Source: an uncultured Actinomyces sp.
Lineage (GTDB): Bacteria > Actinomycetota > Actinomycetes > Actinomycetales > Actinomycetaceae
Reading direction: 5' to 3'
Assembly: GCA_964345585.1 (NCBI GenBank)
Contig: CAYFRT010000001.1
Coordinates: forward strand, 23,309 to 87,308
DNA length: 64,000 nt
The notes beneath the pieces were generated by a model that was not told where the DNA came from, ran no database searches, and saw only the letters and a program-made list of their open reading frames with translations. Positions 1 through 9,442 of the stretch are shown in pieces. Positions within the stretch are counted from its first letter, which is position 1. Each line of letters opens with the position of its first letter. Made by a program: the position numbers and the translations under genes.

Positions 1-1537
1 GGATGTCAGCCAAGGTCACAGAAGCGCCTGCTTCCAGAACCAGTGCGGCAACGACGTCCTCACCGCGGCTGCCACCAGGCATTCCAACGACTGCGACATC
101 CTGAATGCCCGGCATCGAGCGAACAGCGTCTTCAACTTGGGAGGGGTAAATGTTGAACCCACCCGAAATAATAAGCTCCTTACGGCGGTCAGCCATGTAG
201 ACAAAATCGTCTCTGACCTGCACCAAGTCGCCGGTGTAGAGCCAGCCGTCGCGTAGGACCTCGGCGGTTTCTTCCGGATCCTCGTAGTACCCGTGGAAGA
301 CTTGGGGGCCCTTCACGATGAGTTCCCCGATCTCACCTTCCTTCACATCCTCACTTGGATTCTCCGGATCTACGATCCTGATCTCCGTGGAAGGGTAGGG
401 GACTCCGAGGGCCCCAGGGCGCCGGTCTTTCGTCACAGGAGATCCAAGAATCACCGGGGACGCTTCGGTCATGCCGAAGCCTTCGATGACGTAGCCCAGG
501 GTTTGCTTTTCCCAGCGCTCCGAGAGTTCCGCATCAAGCGGCATCGCCCCCGAAAGCGTAAATGCCATTGAAGTCAGGTCAACGTCCCATTCCGCATTCT
601 CTTTCAAGATGCGCTCAAACATCGGGGGGACCCCAACGAAGAACGTGCAGGGAAGTCGTTTCTGGGCCATGAGGATTTGTGGGACATCAAACTTCGGGAA
701 CACTGCCAGCGTGGCGCCTAAGCGAATCCCCGACAGCAACGTAACTGAGAGCCCGAACGCGTGGAAGAAGGGGAGGACAGAGTAGAAAACTTCGCTCCCC
801 TCGTGAAGGTTAGGCACCCACGCCACTGACTGTTCAACGTTGGAGCAGAGGTTCTTATGTGTGAGGACCACTGCTTTGGGGGTGCCAGTGGTCCCGCCGG
901 TGTGGATCATAACCGCCGGCTCATCAGCGCGGACTATGGAGTCCCCCTCCCAGGCGATGGCTCCACGGACTTGTTTGTCCCATGAGCGGACCTCGGGAGG
1001 GACTTTCGCCCCCAACATTTTCTTGCGCGCACGAATTGATTTGATCGGAAGGTGCAAAAGCATCTGGCTTGCCGGCGACAATTCTTGAGCAAGGTTGACG
1101 CCGAAAATCCGAACGTCGCGTTCCAAGAACGACAACTTCGCTATCGAGTTCTCCCAGGCGACCACGACCTTGGACTTGTGGCGGGAGAACTCGTGCTTCA
1201 GTTCTCCCTCGGGCGCCATGGGGTTGTGTTCTACGGCCACCCCGCCAATCAAGTTGATGGCGAAAAGAGCGACGATGTGTTGCGGGCAGTTGGGCATCAC
1301 CAGCGCCACTGGGTCGCCACGACGCACTCCCGTGCCGCGCAATATGGTGGCGGCCTGGCGGACCAGCTTTTCCAGTTCCGCGTAGGTGGTCTTCTGATTC
1401 AGAAAGTCGATTGCCACCCGGTTCGGGTAGCGAGCAGCCGTGTCAAGAAGGAGGTCAGTGGTGCGCTTGTCATACGAGTCCGTGTAGTAGGGCACGCCAG
1501 GGGCGTAGGCCTTGCGTAGTCGATCAGTAAGCGACAT
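1..1537 (-). CDS. AMP-dependent acyl-CoA synthetase/ligase (FadD-like); C-terminal end lies beyond the window edge
   Basis: Absent from the ORF track because there is no in-window stop. Hand translation of the minus strand from ATG 1537-1535 gives MSLTDRLRKAYAPGVPYYTDSYDKRTTDLLLDTAARYPNRVAIDF... It carries the AMP-binding signature MIHTGGTTGTPKAVVLTH, plus EGFGMTE, WLYTGD and GGFNIYP motifs. The plus-strand ORFs 293-1519 are antisense artefacts. Confidence 0.85.
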   Translation of the reverse strand, partial: MSLTDRLRKAYAPGVPYYTDSYDKRTTDLLLDTAARYPNRVAIDFLNQKTTYAELEKLVRQAATILRGTGVRRGDPVALVMPNCPQHIVALFAINLIGGVAVEHNPMAPEGELKHEFSRHKSKVVVAWENSIAKLSFLERDVRIFGVNLAQELSPASQMLLHLPIKSIRARKKMLGAKVPPEVRSWDKQVRGAIAWEGDSIVRADEPAVMIHTGGTTGTPKAVVLTHKNLCSNVEQSVAWVPNLHEGSEVFYSVLPFFHAFGLSVTLLSGIRLGATLAVFPKFDVPQILMAQKRLPCTFFVGVPPMFERILKENAEWDVDLTSMAFTLSGAMPLDAELSERWEKQTLGYVIEGFGMTEASPVILGSPVTKDRRPGALGVPYPSTEIRIVDPENPSEDVKEGEIGELIVKGPQVFHGYYEDPEETAEVLRDGWLYTGDLVQVRDDFVYMADRRKELIISGGFNIYPSQVEDAVRSMPGIQDVAVVGMPGGSRGEDVVAALVLEAGASVTLADI

Positions 1538-1602
1538 GTGATGGGCTCCGTTCTGGTCTACGTATCCGTGCGGAGACGCTCTTATAACCGAGCTTAGTGT
1601 GA

Positions 1603-2829
1603 TCAGGGGATTTGTACCGGCCCCCCAAGAGGCAGGTAGCGGACGTTTATGGAGGCGGGCGAGGATTTGATCAAGTTGATCATCTCTTTGGAAAGCGGTG
1701 AGCCGACATCGGTAATCGCGTAGCCGATTGATCCTGAGGTTGCCAGCGCCTGGGATTCAACGTTGACTGAATCCTGCGCAAAAACGTCGTTGAGTTTAGC
1801 CATTACGCCCGGGACGTTGTGGTGCATGAAGCACAGACGCCCAACAGGGGTTGGGGAGACCGGCAGCGTCAAGTTCGGCAGGTTAACGCTCATTGACGTG
1901 TTGCCATACGCCAAGAAGTCTGTTAACTTCCCGGCGACGAATGTGCCGATGCTGGACTGCGCCTCAATCGTTGAACCGCCGATGTGAGGGGTGAGAATGA
2001 CGTTGTCCATCATCTGAAGTGGAGATTCGAAAGGTTCCCCGTTTGCCCGCGGCTCTTCAGGGAAAACATCAATTGCCGCCCCCGCGATCTGCCCGGATTC
2101 GAGAGCGTCTTTCAGAGCATCCACGTCAACGACGAATCCCCTCGACAAGTTAACAAAGGATGCCCCCGGCTTCATTTGGGCGAACTGTTCAGCCCCGACC
2201 AGGCCCGCATTCTGGGGAGCACCATCCACGTGGATCGACACGACGTCGGACTGGCGCAACACTTCTGCCATCGAAGAAGCAGGTTCCGCGTTGCCAAGCG
2301 CCAGCTTTTCTTCCGTGTCATAGAAAACGACGCGCATCCCCATCGCTTCAGCCAGAACCGAGAGCTGGGTGCCGATGTTTCCGTAACCGATCAGGCCCAG
2401 AGTTCTGCCTCTGAGTTCGTGCGCGTTCTTGGCAGTTTTGTCCCAAATGCCCCGGTGTAGCACAGAGTTCTTAACGGTCATGCGCCGCGTCAGGGAGATG
2501 ATCATTCCGATCGCTAGTTCAACAACTGAACGCGTATTGGAAAACGGGGCATTGAAAACTGCCACCCCACGTTCGGCCGCGAAACTTGTGGCGATCTGAT
2601 TGGTGCCGATGCAAAACGCGCCGATCGCTTCAAGCGAGGGGCTGCTGGCCAGTACCTTCCGGCTTACCTCGGTCTTCGAACGAATTCCCAGGATTTGAAC
2701 GTCGCGGAGGGCTTTGATCAGCGCGTCCTCATCCAAACTTCCGTTAATTGAGCGCACCGTCATCCCCTTTGCCTCAAATATCTGGGTTGCTACGGGGTGT
2801 GGGTTCTCAAGAAGCAGTACGTTAGTCAC
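1603..2829 (-). CDS. serA: D-3-phosphoglycerate dehydrogenase
   Basis: ORF 1603..2874 resembles E. coli SerA end to end: IGTNQ, NAPFSNTRSVVELAIG, GLIGYGNIGTQLS, LTPHIGGST and a C-terminal ACT-like tail. I prefer GTG 2829 as the start. It has AGAGGA about 10 nt upstream and a GTGA overlap with the helD stop. GTG 2874 has no SD. Confidence 0.9.
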   Translation of the reverse strand: MTNVLLLENPHPVATQIFEAKGMTVRSINGSLDEDALIKALRDVQILGIRSKTEVSRKVLASSPSLEAIGAFCIGTNQIATSFAAERGVAVFNAPFSNTRSVVELAIGMIISLTRRMTVKNSVLHRGIWDKTAKNAHELRGRTLGLIGYGNIGTQLSVLAEAMGMRVVFYDTEEKLALGNAEPASSMAEVLRQSDVVSIHVDGAPQNAGLVGAEQFAQMKPGASFVNLSRGFVVDVDALKDALESGQIAGAAIDVFPEEPRANGEPFESPLQMMDNVILTPHIGGSTIEAQSSIGTFVAGKLTDFLAYGNTSMSVNLPNLTLPVSPTPVGRLCFMHHNVPGVMAKLNDVFAQDSVNVESQALATSGSIGYAITDVGSPLSKEMINLIKSSPASINVRYLPLGGPVQIP

Positions 2830-5132
2830 CCTTCGATTGTCCTCTTTCCAGTTTGTGCCAGTGCCTTCGTCCACGCGTCGGGCAACGCCGTGGTGCGTAC
2901 GCTATGTAACCGCTGTGTTGATCGCGTCATCCCAACGAACAGGTCCCCGGGGCCGCCCTGCAAGATTTCCATGGGCTCAACCAAGATCGTCACGTCGAAC
3001 TCCAGGCCCTTCGCTCCCACTACACTCAGCACACTGACCCTGTTCTCAAGGGCCGTATCTCCAACGGAATCTGCTTCCCAGACCCGACCTCGGTTCGCGG
3101 CGACAAGAACCCCGATGCGTCCCGCACCTACCCCCACAGACTCGTCAAGCTGGGCGCTTTCCTCCGCGATCACGGAAGCCACCGCCGACCACAACGGGTC
3201 CTGATGCCGCGGTAGGGCCTGGGGAGGCACTGAATTCAGGGCGTCCTCGGACACCGCAACCGTGTCCGCCAGACAGTTCGGGACATCCCGCGCAGACGTC
3301 AGAGGGAAGATCACGGGGGAGTGCACCTCCGCCCTGACTTCTTGAGCCAGTTTCGTGATCGTCGAAGGTGTTCTGTAAGAAATAGTGAGAGCCCGCTCAT
3401 CCTCGAGCCCCTTGGCGGCCGGACCCAACGCGTCATACCAGTTAGACGGAGGGTTGTAGCCGCGAGCCTGGTCCAGGTCCCCAACAACCGTGAAAGAACG
3501 CGATGGGCAACGGCGCATCAGCGAGTGCCACGCCATCGGCTCCAAATCTTGTGCCTCATCGACAACAATGTGGCCATAGGTCCAAGACCGGTCTGCCAGA
3601 GCCCTTTCCGCCAGTGGCGCCCACTCCTTTTGGCCCCTGGTGTGCTCCGCCAAAATCGCGGCGTTGACAATGCCGCCGCCCAGATCCTGACCTTCAATCG
3701 CCTCCTGGACGCGTCGAAGTTCTTCTGCTTCCTCTTCGCGTTGGCGCGTCATGTTCGCGGCGGCTAAGGCGTCCGAGGTTCCCAGCAATTCTTCCAACTC
3801 ATCAAGGAGTGGGACGTCTGCGATGGTCATCGGAGCATCAGAGCCGCGGGCCACTAAGTCTATATCTCTCTGGCTCAATCCCCTTGCCACGCGGCTGAGC
3901 AACGCGGGGCGAGAGTACAGTCGCCGCAGCAAAGCATCAGCGGTGGTTGGCATCCAACAAAGGTTGATTTCACGGCGGATATCTCGCGAGGAGCGAACCG
4001 ATTCCCGCCACCATGCCAGACTTTCCGGATCAGTGTCTTCCCCCGCTAGTTGCCGGGTTACCTCGTCGACCAACTCCAAAGCGAAACCGTCGCGGGCGAC
4101 GTTGTGCGGCTTCCCGGAACGACGTGCTCGGGAGCGCGCCTCCTGCACCCTTTCCGGGGTCAGAACCGCTCCCTTGCCATCAACCGTAAAATACTTGTTC
4201 TCAGAAGGCAGCCGCTGCAGGTCTCTGACCGCAGCCTTCAACGTGTCGATCCAGGCAAGCTTCCCCTTGGCGTGCGTCACTTCTGGGGTGTCGTTTACCG
4301 TGGCGTTCACTCCTGGAACCAGGTCCCCGAGGGTCAACGAAACCACTCCGCTTTCCCCAAGTGAGGGAAGAACCTGCTCGATGTACTTCAAGAAGACGCG
4401 TGAAGGGCCAACAATCAGCACCCCAGAACGTTCCAGGCGCTCCCGGTCGGTGTAAAGGAGATACGCGGCCCGGTGCAGTGCGACGGCGGTCTTCCCAGTG
4501 CCAGGGCCTCCCTGCACCACGAGCACCCCGCGTCCCGGCTCACGGATAATGGAATCCTGTTCAGCCTGAATCGTCGCCACGATGTCACCCATACGCCCAT
4601 CACGGGCCGAGGCAAGGGCCGACATCAACGCGCCCTCACCCTGGAACCGGATCCCACGCGCGGATGCGGTTTGAGCGTCAAGGACGTCGTCTTCGATACT
4701 GCGCACTTTCCGGTTGTGGGTCGCTATGTGTCGCCTGCGCACCACCCCGGCCGGAGCCGCCGCAGTTGCCTGATAAAACGGGCGGGCAGCCGGTGCACGC
4801 CAGTCCACCAGAAGTCGGCCGCCCTCTTCGTCAGGCAGCCCCGCACGTCCGATGTAGTGAGCGTCCCCGTCCACCATGTCGATCCGGCCAAAAACCAGAC
4901 GGTCTTCAATTTGTTCCAAACGCATTGCTTGGTCACCGTAGTGAGCAGCTTTCGCGTCCCGTTCGGTGCGTGCCTGAGGGGAACCCCACGCTCCTTCTGC
5001 CTCCACGTCGCGCTGCAGCCGCCGGTAGTCAGAACGAAGGCGTTCCAACACCGAGTAAGCCTGATCAACGAAAGCTTGTTCGCGAGCAAGATCCTGCTCC
5101 AAACCTTCGATATTCTCGCCAGTCGTAGCCAC
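2826..5132 (-). CDS. helD: HelD-family UvrD-like ATPase (RNA polymerase-associated helicase-like protein)
   Basis: 768 aa. The N-terminal coiled coil is followed by LVFGRIDM..YIGRAGL..LLVDWRAPAARPFYQAT. A Walker A site (VVQGGPGTGKTAVALHRAAYLLY), a DEAQD box (VVDEAQDL) and a C-terminal UvrD-like region (GLEFD) follow. This architecture is typical of actinobacterial HelD. Confidence 0.75.
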   Translation of the reverse strand: MATTGENIEGLEQDLAREQAFVDQAYSVLERLRSDYRRLQRDVEAEGAWGSPQARTERDAKAAHYGDQAMRLEQIEDRLVFGRIDMVDGDAHYIGRAGLPDEEGGRLLVDWRAPAARPFYQATAAAPAGVVRRRHIATHNRKVRSIEDDVLDAQTASARGIRFQGEGALMSALASARDGRMGDIVATIQAEQDSIIREPGRGVLVVQGGPGTGKTAVALHRAAYLLYTDRERLERSGVLIVGPSRVFLKYIEQVLPSLGESGVVSLTLGDLVPGVNATVNDTPEVTHAKGKLAWIDTLKAAVRDLQRLPSENKYFTVDGKGAVLTPERVQEARSRARRSGKPHNVARDGFALELVDEVTRQLAGEDTDPESLAWWRESVRSSRDIRREINLCWMPTTADALLRRLYSRPALLSRVARGLSQRDIDLVARGSDAPMTIADVPLLDELEELLGTSDALAAANMTRQREEEAEELRRVQEAIEGQDLGGGIVNAAILAEHTRGQKEWAPLAERALADRSWTYGHIVVDEAQDLEPMAWHSLMRRCPSRSFTVVGDLDQARGYNPPSNWYDALGPAAKGLEDERALTISYRTPSTITKLAQEVRAEVHSPVIFPLTSARDVPNCLADTVAVSEDALNSVPPQALPRHQDPLWSAVASVIAEESAQLDESVGVGAGRIGVLVAANRGRVWEADSVGDTALENRVSVLSVVGAKGLEFDVTILVEPMEILQGGPGDLFVGMTRSTQRLHSVRTTALPDAWTKALAQTGKRTIEG

Positions 5133-5341
5133 AAGTCCCCTGAATCCCTAAAGTGCCAAGTGTCTATTATTCCCCAGCGTGCGGATGCCTAACCACTTAA
5201 CGGGCCATTAGAGAAATCATCGCGTGGGGGCGACCACATTTGTTCCCCTCGAAGCGCAATTAGCCCCACTATCCTCGCCCTGCCAGCGGCGCAGCGATAC
5301 GGTTGTAAGGGCATTGATTTACGACTGCACCGGGAGGGGAC

Positions 5342-6601
5342 ATGAGCGACAACAACGAACTGTATGCAAAAGGTCCCGCACACGGCGCGAAGGCCCCGAT
5401 CCTGATCGCTCACCTGGAAGGTGCCTTGGATGCAGGTTCTGCTGGGACGCTTGCGGTTGTTCAACTGCTTCACAGCCTGAACGCCCAACGCGTCGCCACC
5501 TTCGATGTCGACCGGCTGATTGACTTTCGTTCACACAGGCCCGTACTGGAAGTTGAGGAATGGGTAACAACCTCCCTTGCTGAGCCTGAAATCGCGTTGG
5601 ATTTGATCCACGACGACCAGGGGCAGCCGATTCTTGTTCTGCATGGCCAGGAGCCGGACGCCAGGTGGCTTTCGCTGACCGCAGCGATCGATGAGATTGC
5701 CGATGATGCCGGAGTAGAGGCAGTGTTCTCTTTCCATGGCCTCCCCGCGGCGGTCCCGCACACCCGCCCCACAGCCATTCATATTCAGAGCACCGATCGT
5801 GATTTGATCCCAGATCAGGCACAAATGGGTGGGGTCGCGAAGATTCCGTCTCCTTACACTTCTTACCTGCAGCACAGGTTGAGTCAGCGTGGGCTTACGG
5901 GGGTGACACTTCTTGCCACCGTCCCGTATTACCTGGCGGGCTCCACTTTCCCGCGTGCGTCGTCAGCACTCATAAGGAAGCTCGCCGATATGGCGGGGCT
6001 GTCGCTCCCAGTGGGTGATCTTGAACGAGGGGCGGACGAGGACGCAACGCAAGTAGAGGAACTCCTAGAACAAAACCAGGAACTCCAAAACACGGTGGAA
6101 GCCTTGGAACAGCACTACGACACCATCACTGGGTCGTCTGCGGCGGAGGGAGCGGAACTGGACGCATTCTCAGAGGAATCCGCCCAAGACCGTGACGACG
6201 CCATGCGGTTCCCCGGCTGGGAACGGGTGTTCTCAGATTCTGACGATGATGCATTCCCCGAAGCGGAAAAGGTCGGCGAAGAAAGAAATGAGACGTTTGC
6301 CGATGCGATCGGTGATGCGATTGAGAGCTACCTGAAGACTCGCGGAAAAGGGAAGCTCCCGGTCGAATCCACCGTTGCAGGTGGAACAAACGAGGATCGG
6401 ACTGATTCGACTGGTTCCCCCGTCGAAGGCGCCCCAGGTGTCGGCAAGACGCGGCACACTCCTCGTCACCGCGCTCCGAAACCGTGGGAGGCAGAAGACT
6501 TGGGCCAGCAGGCCAGGCATGAAAGCCAAGACGAGTCTCAAAAGGATTCGGGAGACGAATCCGAGGACAACCCGCGGGGCGAATCTGAGCCGGAAGCCTA
6601 A
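5342..6601 (+). CDS. PAC2 (proteasome assembly chaperone-like) family protein with an acidic C-terminal tail
   Basis: 419 aa with a GGAGGGG SD before the ATG. The N-terminal half (PILIAHLEGALDAGSAGTLAV..FDVDRLIDFRSHRP..ILVLHGQEPDARW) matches the actinobacterial PAC2 family pattern as I remember it. The last ~130 aa are low-complexity and acidic. Confidence 0.6.
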   Translation: MSDNNELYAKGPAHGAKAPILIAHLEGALDAGSAGTLAVVQLLHSLNAQRVATFDVDRLIDFRSHRPVLEVEEWVTTSLAEPEIALDLIHDDQGQPILVLHGQEPDARWLSLTAAIDEIADDAGVEAVFSFHGLPAAVPHTRPTAIHIQSTDRDLIPDQAQMGGVAKIPSPYTSYLQHRLSQRGLTGVTLLATVPYYLAGSTFPRASSALIRKLADMAGLSLPVGDLERGADEDATQVEELLEQNQELQNTVEALEQHYDTITGSSAAEGAELDAFSEESAQDRDDAMRFPGWERVFSDSDDDAFPEAEKVGEERNETFADAIGDAIESYLKTRGKGKLPVESTVAGGTNEDRTDSTGSPVEGAPGVGKTRHTPRHRAPKPWEAEDLGQQARHESQDESQKDSGDESEDNPRGESEPEA

Positions 6602-7431
6602 TCTCGGGCAGGTTTCGTACCCGCCAACCAGTTAGACACTTGAACGCCTGTGAAGGCTCGCGCAGGCAGCGGGAGTCGGCGAATCCCCTCGTTTAGTTTC
6701 GCCCAGTCCAGGTCATACCCGTCCCACCCCGCTATCGCCAGATTGCCGCTTCGGGCAGAGCGCCACACTTTGGGGTCCGTAATCACCGCCACGTTCCCGA
6801 ACACTGCGACAGTAGCGGCTACGTCTTTCTTCCCGGAATTTTGCGGTCCGTGAGCCACATTGGCCAGGTAGAGACCCCCGGGACGCAGACGGGATTTGGC
6901 CAGTTCAGCCCACTCAACCGTGGTCAAAGGTGGGGGCGTTGTGTCGTCGAGGAAGGCGTCCCGCACTATCACGTCGTAGGAGGCAGTAGACCCTTCCAGC
7001 ACTGCGCGGGCGTCACCTACCCGCAACCTGATTCTTCCGTTCGGTTTGATCCAGCCGCTGTCTTTGAGGAAGTCGATGAGTTCGTCGTCCATGTCCACGG
7101 CAAGGTGGGTTGAGTCTTGGCGAGTCCTCTCCCAAGCCTTCGCCAAAGCGCATGCGCCAGCACCGGCATGCAACACCCTGTCCCGCGTGGAGAAGGGCTT
7201 GGCGGCCTGGAGGAAGATGTCCAGGTGCTGCATGTACTCGAACTCTAAGAGGTCGGGTCGGGCCCCGTCTGACCAGGACTGTTCCATGCCTTTTGAGTCA
7301 ACCACCAACGCGGACCCCTCATACCGCACGTTGTGTCCCAGTTCGGTGATTATTTGCTGCGGCTGATTTCGCCGGCCTGATGCTTTACCCTTTGCCACAC
7401 GTAGAACAGTAGCGGACGGAGGAGGACACAT
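6598..7431 (-). CDS. Spermidine synthase-like SAM-dependent methyltransferase
   Basis: ORF 6598..7497. It has a Rossmann SAM-binding pattern (VLHAGAGACALAKAW..LAVDMDDELIDF..VGDARAVL..YDVIVRDAF..PGGLYLANV). The start is uncertain. ATG 7497 would overlap dinB by 68 nt, and ATG 7431 is the next in-frame start. Confidence 0.55.
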   Translation of the reverse strand: MCPPPSATVLRVAKGKASGRRNQPQQIITELGHNVRYEGSALVVDSKGMEQSWSDGARPDLLEFEYMQHLDIFLQAAKPFSTRDRVLHAGAGACALAKAWERTRQDSTHLAVDMDDELIDFLKDSGWIKPNGRIRLRVGDARAVLEGSTASYDVIVRDAFLDDTTPPPLTTVEWAELAKSRLRPGGLYLANVAHGPQNSGKKDVAATVAVFGNVAVITDPKVWRSARSGNLAIAGWDGYDLDWAKLNEGIRRLPLPARAFTGVQVSNWLAGTKPARD

Positions 7432-8680
7432 GTCTGTTTCAGCCAGGTCCGGCTCCGCGAAACGCAACTGGGGCACCGATGACTCAAACACTCCCATCCT
7501 TCACGTCGACATGGACAGTTTTTTCGCTGCCGTTGAACAGGTTGAAGATCCGACGCTTCTTGGAAAACCCCTCATTGTTGGTGGGGTCGGGAACCGTGGG
7601 GTGGTGACATCAGCAACGTACGAGGCCCGCGCCTACGGGGTCAAAGCCGGAATGCCGATGGGGCGGGCCCGCTCTCTTTGTCCCACTGCTCTGGTTTTGC
7701 CGGGACGCCACTCTTTGTACAGCGAGTATTCGCGCAAAGTCATGGCGATCTTGTCAACCGTCACTGTCGCCTTCGAGCCGATCAGTATTGATGAGGCTTT
7801 CTTGGACGTGTCCGGAGCGCGCCGCCGGTTGGGCAGTCCCGTAGACATAGCCCAGCAGTTGCGTGAACAGGTTCGTCAGGAGTTGGGTCTTCCAGCGTCG
7901 GTCGGGATTGCGGCAACGAAGTCTGTGGCCAAAATCGCTTCCGCTCATGCGAAACCAAACGGGTGGTTGCTGATCCCAAAGGAGCAAACCGTGCCGTTCT
8001 TACACGCTCTTCCCATCGGGGCGCTGTGGGGCGTGGGGAAACAGACTGAAAAGGTACTTACTACGCGAGGGATAGACACGGTCGCCCAACTTGCTCACAC
8101 CGATGTTAAGGAGTTACGAAGGTGGCTTGGGGATGCTTCGGCGTTCCACCTGCATTCCCTGGCGTGGGGGATTGACGATCGAGAGGTCGGCCCGCGGGAA
8201 CGTGAAAAATCGATTTCAACCGAACGGACATTCGGAGCGAACATAACCAGACGTGCCGACTTGGAGACCTTCATTTTGGACGCCTCCCACCAGTGTGCGC
8301 GGCGGTTGCGAAAAGCAGAGCTTCTGGGGTGGACAGTCACGTTGAAACTCCGTGACGAGAAGTTCCAGACCATCACCCGGTCTCGAACTCTGATCGCGCC
8401 CACCGACGTTGGCCGAGTCATAGCCGAGGGGGTGCTGGATCTTTCACGTCAACTAACGCTGCCCCGTGGGGGGATACGCCTGGCAGGGGTCGGGGTTTCG
8501 TCCCTTGTCGGGGAGGGAGATGGTGTCCCCGCGCTGTTGGACGAGGATCCCCGCGACCGAAGCGCCGAGTTGGCTATGGACCGCGCAACAGAACGATTCG
8601 GGGCCGGTGCGCTCCGCCCCGCTTCGCTACTAGAGAGAAGTGGTGACGCAGAAGGACCACTGCGCGAGCGTCGAGGGTAA
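7430..8680 (+). CDS. dinB: DNA polymerase IV
   Basis: 416 aa. A strong SD (GGAGGAGG) lies 5 nt before the ATG. Y-family signature ILHVDMDSFFAAVE..PLIVGG..VVTSATYEARAYGV..SIDEAFLDV. Confidence 0.9.
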   Translation: MSVSARSGSAKRNWGTDDSNTPILHVDMDSFFAAVEQVEDPTLLGKPLIVGGVGNRGVVTSATYEARAYGVKAGMPMGRARSLCPTALVLPGRHSLYSEYSRKVMAILSTVTVAFEPISIDEAFLDVSGARRRLGSPVDIAQQLREQVRQELGLPASVGIAATKSVAKIASAHAKPNGWLLIPKEQTVPFLHALPIGALWGVGKQTEKVLTTRGIDTVAQLAHTDVKELRRWLGDASAFHLHSLAWGIDDREVGPREREKSISTERTFGANITRRADLETFILDASHQCARRLRKAELLGWTVTLKLRDEKFQTITRSRTLIAPTDVGRVIAEGVLDLSRQLTLPRGGIRLAGVGVSSLVGEGDGVPALLDEDPRDRSAELAMDRATERFGAGALRPASLLERSGDAEGPLRERRG

Positions 8681-8752
8681 CCCTTGTAAGATAAGTATGA
8701 CATCATTAGTAGCCGGTAACATCGCGAGTCGTATTACGAGGGGAGGGGCGAC

Positions 8753-9157
8753 ATGGCACTGTCGGACTACGAAAAACGAGTTCTTGCAGAAATGGAACAG
8801 CATCTACGCCAGCAAGACCCAGACCTAGCCGACAAAATGGCGTCCACAATCCCCGCAGACGAAACCCCGGAGCCTAAGTCTGAGCTTTCCCCACGAAAGA
8901 TCGCCCTGGGAAGCATTCTTGCGGCGGCCGGCCTTGGCGCAGTCCTCATCGGAGTAACAGTGGGTAACGTCGTTGCGACGATCCTTCTGGGAGCACTCGG
9001 TTTCGCAATGATGGTTGGCGGGGTGCTGCTTGCTCTGAGCTCAGATAAGAGCTCTGGGAAGGCCTCCGTCTCGGAAACGTCACGTCAGTCACGTCCGTCA
9101 CCTAAGCTGCGCGTTGACAAACAGGCAGAGCGCCGCAGGCGCTGGGAGAACAGATAA
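8753..9157 (+). CDS. DUF3040-type small membrane protein
   Basis: 134 aa. The N-terminus MALSDYEKRVLAEMEQHLRQQDP is the DUF3040 hallmark, followed by two hydrophobic helices. It sits just upstream of mraZ, as in many actinobacteria. Confidence 0.6.
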   Translation: MALSDYEKRVLAEMEQHLRQQDPDLADKMASTIPADETPEPKSELSPRKIALGSILAAAGLGAVLIGVTVGNVVATILLGALGFAMMVGGVLLALSSDKSSGKASVSETSRQSRPSPKLRVDKQAERRRRWENR

Positions 9158-9163
9158 TGCGTT

Positions 9164-9203
9164 CCCGCCGGTTGAGATTTCCTCAGCCAGGCGGGATTTT
9201 TCT
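9164..9203 (+). terminator. Rho-independent terminator-like hairpin after the DUF3040 gene
   Basis: CCCGCC (9164-9169) pairs with GGCGGG (9190-9195), with further imperfect pairing inside. The stem is followed by ATTTTTCTT. Confidence 0.55.
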
Positions 9204-9399
9204 TCCCTAGGCGCTGTGCCCCCACTTTGCGCCACTTCTTGGCTCGATCGCTTGTGACCCTGTGATGTGGGGTCAAAACATCAACTTTTAGCCACGCCGA
9301 TAGTCGAACCACACAAAATCACCCCACTTCTCCAAAAGGGCGCTATTTCAAGGCAAAGTCCCTTTCTTGTGGCGGATTTTGTCTTCAAAGAGCTCCTTT

Positions 9400-9425
9400 G
9401 TGGAGCAAAGTGGAGTAATGTGGTG
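9400..9425 (+). promoter_or_regulatory. Three direct GTGG(A/T)G repeats at exact 10-bp phasing (MraZ-operator-like)
   Basis: TTGTGGAGCA / AAGTGGAGTA / ATGTGGTGCT, with GTGG at 9400, 9410 and 9420. The array ends 17 nt before the mraZ GTG start at 9443. Confidence 0.5.
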
Positions 9426-9442
9426 CTTCAAGGGGGTGTGCG

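Noticed and set aside
5133-5341. A rifamycin-associated inverted-repeat element upstream of helD.
   Set aside because: No convincing ~19-bp inverted repeat is visible in the helD upstream region.
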